A stretch of 64,000 nt of DNA from Thermoproteota archaeon. Its GTDB lineage: Archaea; Korarchaeota; Korarchaeia; Korarchaeales; Korarchaeaceae. Positions within the stretch are counted from its first letter, which is position 1; each line of letters begins with the position of its first letter. The position numbers and the translations under genes are program-made. A model generated the notes under the pieces. That model had not been told where the DNA came from, did no database searches, and saw only the letters and a program-made list of their open reading frames with translations. The stretch lies in assembly GCA_026986575.1 (NCBI GenBank), contig JALSOH010000004.1, positions 416,001-480,000 on the forward strand. Reading direction: 5' to 3'. Positions 1-9,171 of the stretch are shown here, piece by piece.

Positions 1-996
1 AAAGCCCTAGCCAAGCTCGAAGAGTACACTAATGATGCGACCAAGAAGTTCGTTGAAGAGGCATCCAAGTACGGCCGCCCCAAGGAGGAGGTAGAATCCC
101 TCTTCAAGAGGATCAAAGGGTTCTTCGTGATACAGCCCGTCACCTTAGATCCATTCGGTGCTGTTAAAAGGTTGGAGCACCTGCTAGAGAGCTCTAGAGA
201 TCACCTCAACAAGTTCATGGTCGAAATAGCCCCCAAAGCTGACGAGTGGAAGAGATCCAACCTGAGGGATCAGATGTCTGGCGTCTTGGCCTTGGACATG
301 ATATACAGAATCGTCCGCCACTACTTCATACTGGGTAGGAGGACCCAGAACCTCATATACATCGCCCAGATCCAGATGCTGCTCCCTGAGATCCTCAGGA
401 TAGCCAAGGCATACTGGAAGGCGGGTGAGGCTTTCAGGAGGGGCATCCCCATAGGGGACAGCATAGGTCCGATGGTGGCTTTGAGGCTCATGAACGGCGC
501 GGAGCCCAAGGAGGTGGCCGAGAATATAGTCGGAGCGGAGGTGGACATAGAGGGGAGGAGAGTCTTTATTATAAAGGCGAAAGGTCCGGGATCGGAGGTA
601 GGAAGGCCCGGAGTGGCTATCGAGAGGATAGTCGAGAGCAGGGAGGGTAATGTCTCCCTCATCATCATGATAGACGCGGCCGCCAAGTTGGAGGGCGAGC
701 CGACAGCTGAGGTGGTCGAGGGAATAGGGGCGGCGATAGGAGATCCAGGACCAGAGAAGCTGAGGATAGAGGAGGTCGCCACCAAGTACAAGATACCACT
801 TCACGCCATAGCCATTAAGGAGGATCCGCTCGACGCCATAACCTCCATGAGGGAGGAGATAGCCAAGTCGGTGGATGAGGTCATAGAGAGAGTGAAAATG
901 GCGATAAGATCCAAGACCCTCCCGGGAGACTTCGTGCTCATAGCGGGGATAGGGAACACTGTGGGGGTTGGCAACACGATGGGAGGTGCTTCATGA
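1..996 (+). CDS. DUF1512 family protein (5'-truncated by window edge)
   Basis: Frame 1 is open from base 1 to TGA at 994-996. Motifs IQPVTLDPFG, GDSIGP, KAKGPG, IMIDAAAKLEGE and the C-terminal GIGNTVGVG are typical of archaeal DUF1512. Confidence 0.8.
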   Translation, partial: KALAKLEEYTNDATKKFVEEASKYGRPKEEVESLFKRIKGFFVIQPVTLDPFGAVKRLEHLLESSRDHLNKFMVEIAPKADEWKRSNLRDQMSGVLALDMIYRIVRHYFILGRRTQNLIYIAQIQMLLPEILRIAKAYWKAGEAFRRGIPIGDSIGPMVALRLMNGAEPKEVAENIVGAEVDIEGRRVFIIKAKGPGSEVGRPGVAIERIVESREGNVSLIIMIDAAAKLEGEPTAEVVEGIGAAIGDPGPEKLRIEEVATKYKIPLHAIAIKEDPLDAITSMREEIAKSVDEVIERVKMAIRSKTLPGDFVLIAGIGNTVGVGNTMGGAS

Positions 997-1428
997 ATGT
1001 CCCCCAACAACTCCAACAAGAAGGGGGCTCCGACAGGGTTCTACCTGTTCTGGATAGCCTCAATGGTTGGCATAGTGCTGATATCGATTCTTTTCTTCTA
1101 CATGGGGTTCTCCTCTCTTCAGGAAGGGAACACCAACGACGCGATCCTGAATATAGTGATGGGAGTGGCTGGCATGGGCATAGCCGTCAAAGTAGCCTAT
1201 GACATGGCCAAGGCAAGGCTAGCCTATCAGGAGGAGCACCAGGAGATCTTCACCGAATTGCACTGCGCGAATTGCGGGAGGAAGATGCTAAGGACATTCA
1301 GGGAGGGAGACTTCGTAGGGAAGCTCTCCACCGAAGACAAGTGTCCCAAATGCGGCTCTCCAATGCTCATAGTCTCGATATTCGCCAAAACTCCCAAGCA
1401 AAAGGCTAAAGAGAAGGCCTTACAATGA
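997..1428 (+). CDS. Membrane protein with two TM helices and C-terminal Zn ribbon (CxxC...CxxC)
   Basis: Two hydrophobic helices, then CANCG...FREGDFV...CPKCG. ATG directly follows the DUF1512 stop. Confidence 0.75.
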   Translation: MSPNNSNKKGAPTGFYLFWIASMVGIVLISILFFYMGFSSLQEGNTNDAILNIVMGVAGMGIAVKVAYDMAKARLAYQEEHQEIFTELHCANCGRKMLRTFREGDFVGKLSTEDKCPKCGSPMLIVSIFAKTPKQKAKEKALQ

Positions 1429-1441
1429 GCGGTGACCGGCT

Positions 1442-1918
1442 TTGAAGAAGACTAAGATCCATGTGGTGCCTTGTGTGGTGATATTCAATAGAGAGGGTAA
1501 GGTACTGCTGCTCAAGAGGGCTAGAAGCAAGAGAAACGGTGGCAGATGGGAGGTACCGGGCGGCAGCCTGAGGTACGGTGAGTCGCCGAGACGAGGTGCT
1601 TTAAGGGAGTTGAGGGAGGAGACGGGCTTCAAACTAACTCCTTTGGACCTCAGACCTGTGGACACGTTCGGAGTCATATACCCAGAGATGAGGGTGGAGT
1701 TCATAATTCCGCTGTACACGGCCGTCGTCGACAACGGGGTGGATCCCGTGATAAGGCCAGAGGAGCACGACGACTGGGGTTGGTTCACCATAGAACAGAT
1801 AAAAGAGATGGAATTGAGGGACGAGACCATGAAGGGAGCCTACATAATGGTTAAGGCGGCCAAAAAGCTGCTCGACTCCCTAAACGAAGGGAAAATAGGG
1901 GGGAATGTGTCTAGCTGA
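1442..1918 (+). CDS. NUDIX hydrolase
   Basis: Nudix box GGSLRYGESPRRGALRELREETG. Confidence 0.9.
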   Translation: MKKTKIHVVPCVVIFNREGKVLLLKRARSKRNGGRWEVPGGSLRYGESPRRGALRELREETGFKLTPLDLRPVDTFGVIYPEMRVEFIIPLYTAVVDNGVDPVIRPEEHDDWGWFTIEQIKEMELRDETMKGAYIMVKAAKKLLDSLNEGKIGGNVSS

Positions 1919-1927
1919 TTTATGGTC

Positions 1928-3103
1928 TCAGGAGACCTCCACGCCCAGCTTGCTCACGGGCCACCTCCTTATCATGGCCATCATGACTTCCATTCCCTTC
2001 CAGCCTACCTCCTCCCTAGAGATAGCGCTGAATCCAAGCACTCTCTTCGTGCTCTTCTCATAGACTAGGTAGGCGTAGTCACCCCAACCGTCTCCGCTGA
2101 GGTACACCCTGTCAGCCTCGAACCCCTCGTTCTCAGCCTCAACGCTAGTCAGCCCAACTGAGGCCATGTGGATCCCGCCGAAGAAGACATCCTTCTGGAA
2201 CCTAGGCACCCTATAAGCTGCCTTGAACCCCGTGAGCGCTTTAGCCGCGTTAAGGGCCATTATGCTAGCGGCAGTGCCTATCCCCATGTATATGGGCTTG
2301 TTGGTGAATATGTCTATGACGGTCGCGTTGTCCCCGACGGCGAATATGTCGGGATCCGAGGTCCTCCCCTGCTGGTCCGTCTTTATGACCCAACCATCTA
2401 GGAGCTCGAGGCCTGCCTCCTTAGCCAGCGTTATCTCAGGGCTTACACCCGTGGCCACGAAGGTCATCTCCGAGCTGACCTCCTTGTCCCCATCCACAAT
2501 GACCTTGGAGTCCCTCACCTCCTTGGGTTTACCGTGGACGAATTCCACCCCTCTCTCGGCTAGGAACTCCTCTAGCTTAGCGGAAAGCTCAGGCTCCAAG
2601 CTCCTCCTGATGAGTCTCGACCTCACTATGACCTTGGGCTTGGCCCCTATGGCCCTAGCAGCGTCGGCCACGTGGAGGGCCACGAAGCTGGCGCCGATTA
2701 TGGCCACCTCATTCGGTTTCTCGTCTATCAGCTTCTGGACATCCTCCAATCTCCTGAAAACTGCGCAGTTCTCCCCACCCCTCAGTCTAGAGGGGATGGT
2801 GGGGTTAGATCCGGTAGCTAGTATGAGATAGTCGTACGGAATGGTCTTACCATCCGAGAGGACAACTTCCTTCTGCTCCCTCTTTATCTTAGTCACCTTG
2901 TCCAAAATTATCTCTACATCCTTGGACTCCAAGTGCTTGGTGCTCACCCAGAGGTCCATCCCCTGCGTGACGAGCCTCAGCTTATGTCTCACGTACGGTC
3001 TCTCATCACCGATAACCGTGATCTTAGCGTCAGGAACCTGCTCGGCAACATGCCAAGCAGAGCCCAGTCCTCCCAGCCCAAATCCGACGACAACAACCTT
3101 CAC
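1928..3103 (-). CDS. FAD-dependent pyridine nucleotide-disulfide oxidoreductase (NADH oxidase-like)
   Basis: N-terminal VVVGFGLGG, YDYLILATGS, second Rossmann IIGASFVA, TSDPDIFAVGD. Confidence 0.85.
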   Translation of the reverse strand: MKVVVVGFGLGGLGSAWHVAEQVPDAKITVIGDERPYVRHKLRLVTQGMDLWVSTKHLESKDVEIILDKVTKIKREQKEVVLSDGKTIPYDYLILATGSNPTIPSRLRGGENCAVFRRLEDVQKLIDEKPNEVAIIGASFVALHVADAARAIGAKPKVIVRSRLIRRSLEPELSAKLEEFLAERGVEFVHGKPKEVRDSKVIVDGDKEVSSEMTFVATGVSPEITLAKEAGLELLDGWVIKTDQQGRTSDPDIFAVGDNATVIDIFTNKPIYMGIGTAASIMALNAAKALTGFKAAYRVPRFQKDVFFGGIHMASVGLTSVEAENEGFEADRVYLSGDGWGDYAYLVYEKSTKRVLGFSAISREEVGWKGMEVMMAMIRRWPVSKLGVEVS

Positions 3104-3159
3104 TCAGAACACCGCGCAGGGTGGGGGAGGGTAATTGAAAAAGTTAAACGAAAGGTCCC

Positions 3160-4464
3160 TCAACTGAAGATCACGGACTCCCTCCCGAACATCTTTGCAC
3201 TTAACCATAAGAATACAACTAGATAGAGGATCGAAGCGGCGAGGGAAGTTGCTATTGCCCCCAGATCTCCGGGGTTTACTATCATATCCCTGGCGAACAT
3301 CGCGAGGCTGGATATGGGCAGGGCCCTCAATACGGGGTGGAAGGACTGAGGAGCGTAGGGGATGGCGACCATAGGCACCACCAGTATCAGAGTGAGGAAA
3401 CCTACGTACTGTTGTGCCTCCTTGAAGGTCTTGGCGAAGGAAGCGGCGGTTATCATGACCGCATTCCCAGTCAATCCACCCAAGGCTACCGTGATCAAGA
3501 TCCCCAAGGTGAGGTACAGAAGCCTCGATGGTTCCATCAGCTGCGGCACGGACCCGGATGATAGCGACTCGCTCATCGATGTGACGGCGAATCCCACCCC
3601 TATCAAAGCGGAGAACAGGGTTGCCAGACCGCTTATAAGGGATAACAGGGTGAGAGCACCGAACTTCCCCAGCAGGAGCTGCCCTCTACTGACCGGGTTG
3701 GTGAAGAGGGCTTCCAGCGTCTTCCTCTCCCTTTCGCCCGCTATCATGTCTATAGCGAATGTGCCGGCGCCCGTTATCGCGATGAGTCCGACCATCATCG
3801 GGAGAACCATGGCCGTCACCACCTCTCCAGTGGTGGCCCCCTCTCCCGTGCTGGTAACCTGAACCGCCACGGACACTATAGGCCTTATGTACTCCTCAGA
3901 GAGGTTTATGGCTTCAAGCCTCCTCCTTAACACCTCTTCGGAGTACTCGCTCACTACCCTCTGAACCACTCCCATAGCCACGGAGGATCTGGCCCCATAG
4001 GGATCGTAATAGTAGATTAGCTGGCCCGTCCTCCCAGAGCTGAGGTTCTGATAGAATCCCTCAGGGATCTCAACGATGAGATCGTAATCTCCACCTAGTA
4101 CTAAGCCCGTATAGTTACCTCCATCCGTAACGATCGAAACCAGGGCTTTAGACGTATCCTCTAAAGCCTCAATCTCCTTGGCGAGGTCCATTCCACGTGG
4201 ATCCTCCACGACCACCATGATCCTCGGGGGGATTGCCTTAGGGCTCAGCATGAGGGTGGGAAGGGATATGACCAGGGGCATGAGGATCATGGGGAGGAGT
4301 ACCACATTAAGCATGGTCCTCCTATCCCTAAACGCCTCCAGCACCTCCTTCCACGCCACAACCAGCCAAGGCTTTGGAGGGAGGGAATAGCCTTTCTGCC
4401 CGAATCCCTTAGAGAGCTTTACCACGCCAGAAGATCCCTTAAACAGCTTTCTCAATGACCTCAC
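3160..4464 (-). CDS. ABC-2 type exporter permease (NatB-like)
   Basis: KEVLEAFRDRRT, IAGERERKTLEALFTNPVSR...LLGK, AKTFKEAQ, multiple TM helices. Overlaps the ATPase gene; exact start uncertain. Confidence 0.85.
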   Translation of the reverse strand: MRSLRKLFKGSSGVVKLSKGFGQKGYSLPPKPWLVVAWKEVLEAFRDRRTMLNVVLLPMILMPLVISLPTLMLSPKAIPPRIMVVVEDPRGMDLAKEIEALEDTSKALVSIVTDGGNYTGLVLGGDYDLIVEIPEGFYQNLSSGRTGQLIYYYDPYGARSSVAMGVVQRVVSEYSEEVLRRRLEAINLSEEYIRPIVSVAVQVTSTGEGATTGEVVTAMVLPMMVGLIAITGAGTFAIDMIAGERERKTLEALFTNPVSRGQLLLGKFGALTLLSLISGLATLFSALIGVGFAVTSMSESLSSGSVPQLMEPSRLLYLTLGILITVALGGLTGNAVMITAASFAKTFKEAQQYVGFLTLILVVPMVAIPYAPQSFHPVLRALPISSLAMFARDMIVNPGDLGAIATSLAASILYLVVFLWLSAKMFGRESVIFS

Positions 4465-5188
4465 CCCTCACCAGCCTCACGAATATATCCTCGAACTCCC
4501 TCCTCCCGGCGACCCTCTTCAGATCCTCTTTGCTCCCTTCGTACCTTAATGTTCCCTCACTGATGATCGCTATGCGATCGCAGAGCCTCTCCACCTCCCA
4601 CATGTTATGCGTGGAGAGTATCACGGTCTTGCCGGAGCTGGCGTACTCCTCTATCATCTTCCTTATCTCCCGAGCGCTCATCACGTCCACGCCGAGCGTG
4701 GGCTCGTCCAGAAGGAGAACGGGAGGCTCATCGAGAATGGCCCTAGCGAACGCTAATTTCTGCTTCTGTCCTCTAGACAGCTTATCAGCTATTATAAACC
4801 TCTTCTCAGTGAGGTTTAAGACCTCAAGGAGCTCCTCTACCCTCTTCCGGAGCTTCCTTTCATCCATCCCCCTCAGTTTACCGAAATACACCAAATTCTC
4901 CTCTGTGGTAAGTCTAGGGTACACGCCGGTGTCCTCTGGAAGTACACCCATCTTTCTCTTAGCCTCTATAGGATTCTCCCTCACATCCACCCCCATCACT
5001 TTTGCCGTCCCAGATGTGGGCTTCAGAACCCCGTAGATCATTCTCAGAGTCGTGGTCTTCCCGGCCCCGTTTGGCCCCAGCAATCCGAATATGGTCCCTT
5101 CCTCCACCTTGAAACTGAGTTCTCTGACCGCCAAGAGATCACCGAAGGCTTTAGTCAATGATATAGCCTCCACCGCGACCATCAACAC
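4439..5188 (-). CDS. ABC exporter ATP-binding protein (NatA-like)
   Basis: Walker A GPNGAGKTT, signature LSRGQKQ, Walker B LLLDEPT, H-loop STH. Confidence 0.92.
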   Translation of the reverse strand: MLMVAVEAISLTKAFGDLLAVRELSFKVEEGTIFGLLGPNGAGKTTTLRMIYGVLKPTSGTAKVMGVDVRENPIEAKRKMGVLPEDTGVYPRLTTEENLVYFGKLRGMDERKLRKRVEELLEVLNLTEKRFIIADKLSRGQKQKLAFARAILDEPPVLLLDEPTLGVDVMSAREIRKMIEEYASSGKTVILSTHNMWEVERLCDRIAIISEGTLRYEGSKEDLKRVAGRREFEDIFVRLVRGEVIEKAV

Positions 5189-5223
5189 ACCCCGTTTATA
5201 TATTCAAGCCGCGAGAACTCCTG

Positions 5224-6438
5224 ATGAAGTACACAGCCGCTGCATCGCTTATAATGATGGTGATGCTGCTAGCGATACCCTCCCCGCAACTCACACAAGC
5301 TCAGATAGCATTGCTGGGCGTATCGGACACCGAAGTGGTCGCTGGCGGTTTCTTCTATGCCTTCATAAACGTGACATCTACCGGGACTAGGCCCATAGTC
5401 GAGTTCAAACTGTCCATCTCAGCTCCGTCCAGCTGGAAGGTCGAACCCTATGGGGCCAGCGGGATAAACGCGGAGGGTAACAAGATAGATGTAAGGTGGG
5501 ATGGAAACACGGCCGTTTATCAGGGGGACGGTGCTACGACGGCTCATGTGGCCTTCATAGTCCAAGTCCCCCTCCAAGACATGGAGGTCAGCAGGACCAT
5601 ATCGGCTAGAGGGTACCTCCTAGTCAAGGAGGGAGAACGCCTCGTTAAGTACGCGGTGACGGGCAGTAAGCAGATCTATGTCCACAAGTGGGAGCCGATG
5701 GTGTTCTTGAACCTTAGCAGGACGGAGGTAGTGCCACCCTCCGTAATAGTAGCTAATGTGACCGTCCTCACTGGACCGCCCCTGTACCCCACGGCCATGA
5801 GGAATGTCGTGATCAAGGTGGAGGACAGCATCTCAGGTCTTCTCTATAATGAAACCGTCGAGTACTGGAGCTATCACAGGGCATTATTCGCCAGAATACC
5901 GATAAAGATACCAATGGACGCTCCTGGGGGCCAGCAGAAAGTATCAGTGACCGTCGAGTATGAGGTGGCTGGTAGGAGGCTGAGAACCTACGTGGATTAC
6001 CCATACGAGGTGATGAAGCCCTCAAGCGTTAAAATAGAGAAGATAGAGGTCCCCAAAGAGGTAAAACTGGGGCGGCAGTTCAAGCTCAACGCTACAATTG
6101 TCAACCCATCCTCATTCAGCGCTTTAGATGTGGAACTCCATGTTAAGTTCTTGGGCAAGCATGAGGTTGTTAAAATAGGGGATCTGGGCCCGGGGAACTT
6201 CTCATTCGTCAGCATACCTCTGAGGCCGGAGAAGGAAGGGAATCACTCTGTAGTGGCTTGGATCGCTTGGGTCCAAGAGTATCCCAAGGAGCTGAGGAGG
6301 TCTAACGAGACGACTCGGATGATTTATATAGCGAGAGAGGAGCCACCATACTGGATCACAGTTCCCGTTTTACTTCTGGTGATCATGATTGCGGCAGTTA
6401 AGTACATTGCTAAGAGGAGAGGAGCTAGAGAACCTTAA
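5224..6438 (+). CDS. Secreted, C-terminally membrane-anchored Ig-fold (CARDB-like) surface protein
   Basis: N-terminal signal peptide, beta-rich repeats (IVNPS...IGDLGPG), C-terminal TM helix followed by basic residues. Confidence 0.7.
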   Translation: MKYTAAASLIMMVMLLAIPSPQLTQAQIALLGVSDTEVVAGGFFYAFINVTSTGTRPIVEFKLSISAPSSWKVEPYGASGINAEGNKIDVRWDGNTAVYQGDGATTAHVAFIVQVPLQDMEVSRTISARGYLLVKEGERLVKYAVTGSKQIYVHKWEPMVFLNLSRTEVVPPSVIVANVTVLTGPPLYPTAMRNVVIKVEDSISGLLYNETVEYWSYHRALFARIPIKIPMDAPGGQQKVSVTVEYEVAGRRLRTYVDYPYEVMKPSSVKIEKIEVPKEVKLGRQFKLNATIVNPSSFSALDVELHVKFLGKHEVVKIGDLGPGNFSFVSIPLRPEKEGNHSVVAWIAWVQEYPKELRRSNETTRMIYIAREEPPYWITVPVLLLVIMIAAVKYIAKRRGAREP

Positions 6439-7102
6439 GGGTCAGGTTATGAAGGAGGGGGGAAGGGTCCTCCCCCCCAAGAGTAGATGGGAGCTCTTCA
6501 GGTTCGAAGTGCTTGACTACAAGGGAGTGGCCTATTCAAGCGGTAAAGTGGTGTACCACGAGCCCCTCATTCCTCTGATAGAGAAATCCCTGATAGAACG
6601 ACTCGGGATAGAAATAGGGTCCGATGAGGCTGGGAAAGGTGAGAGATCAGGTCCCATAGTGGTCGCTGCCGTCGCACTGGACCAGGACGACAGGAGGTTC
6701 CTCAGAGCTGGGGGGCTACTGGAATCGAAATCTCTATCCAAGCACAGGCTCTTGGAGCTCGCTGATATGGTAGAGGGGAGGGCGCTGGCGTTGAGTTACA
6801 AAGTCGTGACTCCAAATCAACTGATGGGCATGTGGAAGAGGGGGAAACTGAACGATCTACTGACTGAATGGCACCTACAAGTAGTTTCAGACGTCTTCGA
6901 TGAGGTAGAAGCCTCTAGAATAATTGTAGATTCCTTCGACGAGGTTAGGCTCAGGGAAGCTTTCTCATTCTTCGAGAGTAGAGGGGTAGAGGTTGTAATC
7001 GAGTCAGGAGCCGATCTCAAGTATCCCTCAGTCGCCGCCGCTAGCGTCGTAGCAAGGAGGATTTATCTAGAAAAGATGGATGAAGGGATCAAGTGGGCGT
7101 GA
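6389..7102 (+). CDS. Ribonuclease H type 2 (RNase HIII-like, with N-terminal TBP-like domain)
   Basis: IGSDEAGKG, GPIVVAAV, IIVDSF, ESGAD...SVAAASVVAR. The N-terminal ~70 aa contain AYSSGKVV. Confidence 0.8.
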   Translation: MRQLSTLLRGEELENLKGQVMKEGGRVLPPKSRWELFRFEVLDYKGVAYSSGKVVYHEPLIPLIEKSLIERLGIEIGSDEAGKGERSGPIVVAAVALDQDDRRFLRAGGLLESKSLSKHRLLELADMVEGRALALSYKVVTPNQLMGMWKRGKLNDLLTEWHLQVVSDVFDEVEASRIIVDSFDEVRLREAFSFFESRGVEVVIESGADLKYPSVAAASVVARRIYLEKMDEGIKWA

Positions 7103-7603
7103 TCACCCGGGGAAGGGATGCTTATAGCCTATCTTTCTCAGAAACTCCATCCTCTCCCTTACATCCTCATCGGATTCTACTCCCGTAGGAGTACCTCCAT
7201 CTATCACTCCTAGTATCCCCCTACCATCACCCACATCAGCCACCACAACCTTCAACGGGTTAGCAGTAGCTGCGTAAATGGTAACTATCTCCGGTAACTG
7301 CTTCAGGCGGGGAAGTACGTTTATGGGCCAGGCATCTCTCATGATTATGACTAGGCAGTGGCCCGCGGCTATCTTCTTGGCCCTCTCTACAGCCGCCTCG
7401 ATCAGCTCGGGATCATTACCCGCCTTTCTTATGAGTCTGGGTCCGGATGACTCGCAGAAAGCAAATCCGAACTTAATACTTGAGCAAGAATCGGCTAAAG
7501 CTTCGTAAACGTCCTCAACGGTCTTAATGAAGTGAGAGGTCGCTATTATGATGTTAGTACCCTCAGGTGGAGTGACATCCACGACTTCCAGCTTCAGATC
7601 CAA
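7103..7603 (-). CDS. Adenosine-specific kinase family protein (DUF355)
   Basis: NIIIATSHFIKTVED, FGFAFCESSG, WPINVL, IYAATANP, GILGVIDG, FLRKIGYK. Confidence 0.88.
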   Translation of the reverse strand: MDLKLEVVDVTPPEGTNIIIATSHFIKTVEDVYEALADSCSSIKFGFAFCESSGPRLIRKAGNDPELIEAAVERAKKIAAGHCLVIIMRDAWPINVLPRLKQLPEIVTIYAATANPLKVVVADVGDGRGILGVIDGGTPTGVESDEDVRERMEFLRKIGYKHPFPG

Positions 7604-7607
7604 GGGA

Positions 7608-7988
7608 TCACCCCTTCACTATGGACCCTATCCTATTGAATAAATCTAACAGGGCATCCTTCTGGAGCTTGTATACCCTGAACTTACCTTTCACCGTTTC
7701 CTTGACTAGCCCGGCTGTCTTGAGGTCGGACAGATGGTGGGAGATAAGCGACTGGTCTTTCTCCAGTATGTAGGATATCAGGCAGACAGGCATCTCGGAC
7801 GCTGACAGCAGTAATATGATGTCTAACTTTGTTGTATTAGACAAAGCCTTGAAAGCCCAAGCCATCCTTTCCTTGTCCTCTAGCTTCTCTAGATTGTCTA
7901 AAGCCCTGTCAATCTTCTCCACGTATTCCCTGATGTCCTCTATACATCTTCGGGGGACTCTCTTCAGTACCTCCTCGGCTCTACTCAT
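7608..7988 (-). CDS. ArsR/SmtB family transcriptional regulator
   Basis: FKALSNTTKLDII...MPVCLI...QSLISHHLSDLKTAGLV...GKFRVYKL. Confidence 0.88.
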   Translation of the reverse strand: MSRAEEVLKRVPRRCIEDIREYVEKIDRALDNLEKLEDKERMAWAFKALSNTTKLDIILLLSASEMPVCLISYILEKDQSLISHHLSDLKTAGLVKETVKGKFRVYKLQKDALLDLFNRIGSIVKG

Positions 7989-8002
7989 AATTTAACACCG
8001 TT

Positions 8003-8014
8003 GAACACTTGTTC
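8003..8014. promoter_or_regulatory. Putative ArsR operator (GAACA-N2-TGTTC)
   Basis: Inverted repeat between the arsR start codon and its TATA-like element. Confidence 0.4.
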
Positions 8015-8076
8015 TTTCATTAGATATATATTTTCCCTCGCAGTTTTAAAGGACCATTTGGGGCGACAATGGGAAA

Positions 8077-9171
8077 ATGTGGGACGTTGCCATAGTCGGA
8101 GCTGGACCCTCGGGATCAACTGCGGCTTACCTGCTAGCTAAGATGGGTTTCAAGACATTACTCTTGGATATGAGGAGCTTTCCTCGACCTAAACCTTGCG
8201 GTGGAGGAATAACTTTGAAGGCAGCTAGGCTACTCGAGGAGCTGGGCCTGCCTCTGGAGCCGGTGGAGGCCATTCACAGGGAAGTTGTAGTTGCCGGCTT
8301 CGGACGTGAGATAACGGTCAGCACTTCACCGGGCGAGTTCGCCATAGCTCTGGTGAAGAGGGAACTCTTCGATCATCGACTCCTCGAAAGCGCTATAGGG
8401 GTGGGAGCCGAATTCATCAGGGCCAAAGTGAACGCCGTCAAGGTATCAGACAGCGGTGCGAAACTGATCGGACTTGGGGAGGAGGCCAAGTTTGTGATTG
8501 GAGCTGACGGCGCGAACTCCGTCGTGGCCCTAACGTCGGGGGTTAGGAGCGGCTGGAGGAGGGAGGATGTGATCGTGGCCATGGAGGGAAGCGCTCCCCT
8601 GCAGGACAGATTGATTTTCATGGTAGATGCGGCGCCCTACGGGTACGGCTGGATATTTCCGAGGAGCGAGGACTCCAATGCCGGAGTGGGAGGAATGTCC
8701 GAGAAGTCCCGGGAGATAATGGAGGCCTTCAGGGAATTCTCATCCAGATTCAATGTCAGAATGAACGGGTCCTGGATAATACCCGCTGGCGGTCACGGCA
8801 AGCCCATCGCGAAGGATCGCGTGCTTTTAGTCGGTGATGCGGCCGGTCTAGCGGATCCTCTCACCGGAGAGGGTCTTTATTACGCATTTAGAAGCTCGTT
8901 AGAGGCAAGTAAGGCTCTTGAAAGCGAATCTCCGGCTGAAAACTACAGCGAGAGGATGAAACCAATCTTAGAGGAGTTAAAGGCGAAGAGAAGGGCTGCT
9001 CGCCTAATAATGCCCAGGATGAAGTTCTTCTTCGAGCTGTTCGTCTCATATCCAGAGATAGCTAGGAGGTACATGCTCTCATCCATCGGCAAGGTCGAGT
9101 TCAGGGATTTCTGGAGGTGGGCGATCTCAAGGGTGCCTAGAGCCCTCATAAAGAGCAAGCTGGGGATATAA
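8077..9171 (+). CDS. Geranylgeranyl reductase family flavoprotein
   Basis: DVAIVGAGPSG, PRPKPCGGG, R-x-x-FD, GADGANS, GYGWIFP, LVGDAAG...PLTGEG. Confidence 0.9.
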   Translation: MWDVAIVGAGPSGSTAAYLLAKMGFKTLLLDMRSFPRPKPCGGGITLKAARLLEELGLPLEPVEAIHREVVVAGFGREITVSTSPGEFAIALVKRELFDHRLLESAIGVGAEFIRAKVNAVKVSDSGAKLIGLGEEAKFVIGADGANSVVALTSGVRSGWRREDVIVAMEGSAPLQDRLIFMVDAAPYGYGWIFPRSEDSNAGVGGMSEKSREIMEAFREFSSRFNVRMNGSWIIPAGGHGKPIAKDRVLLVGDAAGLADPLTGEGLYYAFRSSLEASKALESESPAENYSERMKPILEELKAKRRAARLIMPRMKFFFELFVSYPEIARRYMLSSIGKVEFRDFWRWAISRVPRALIKSKLGI

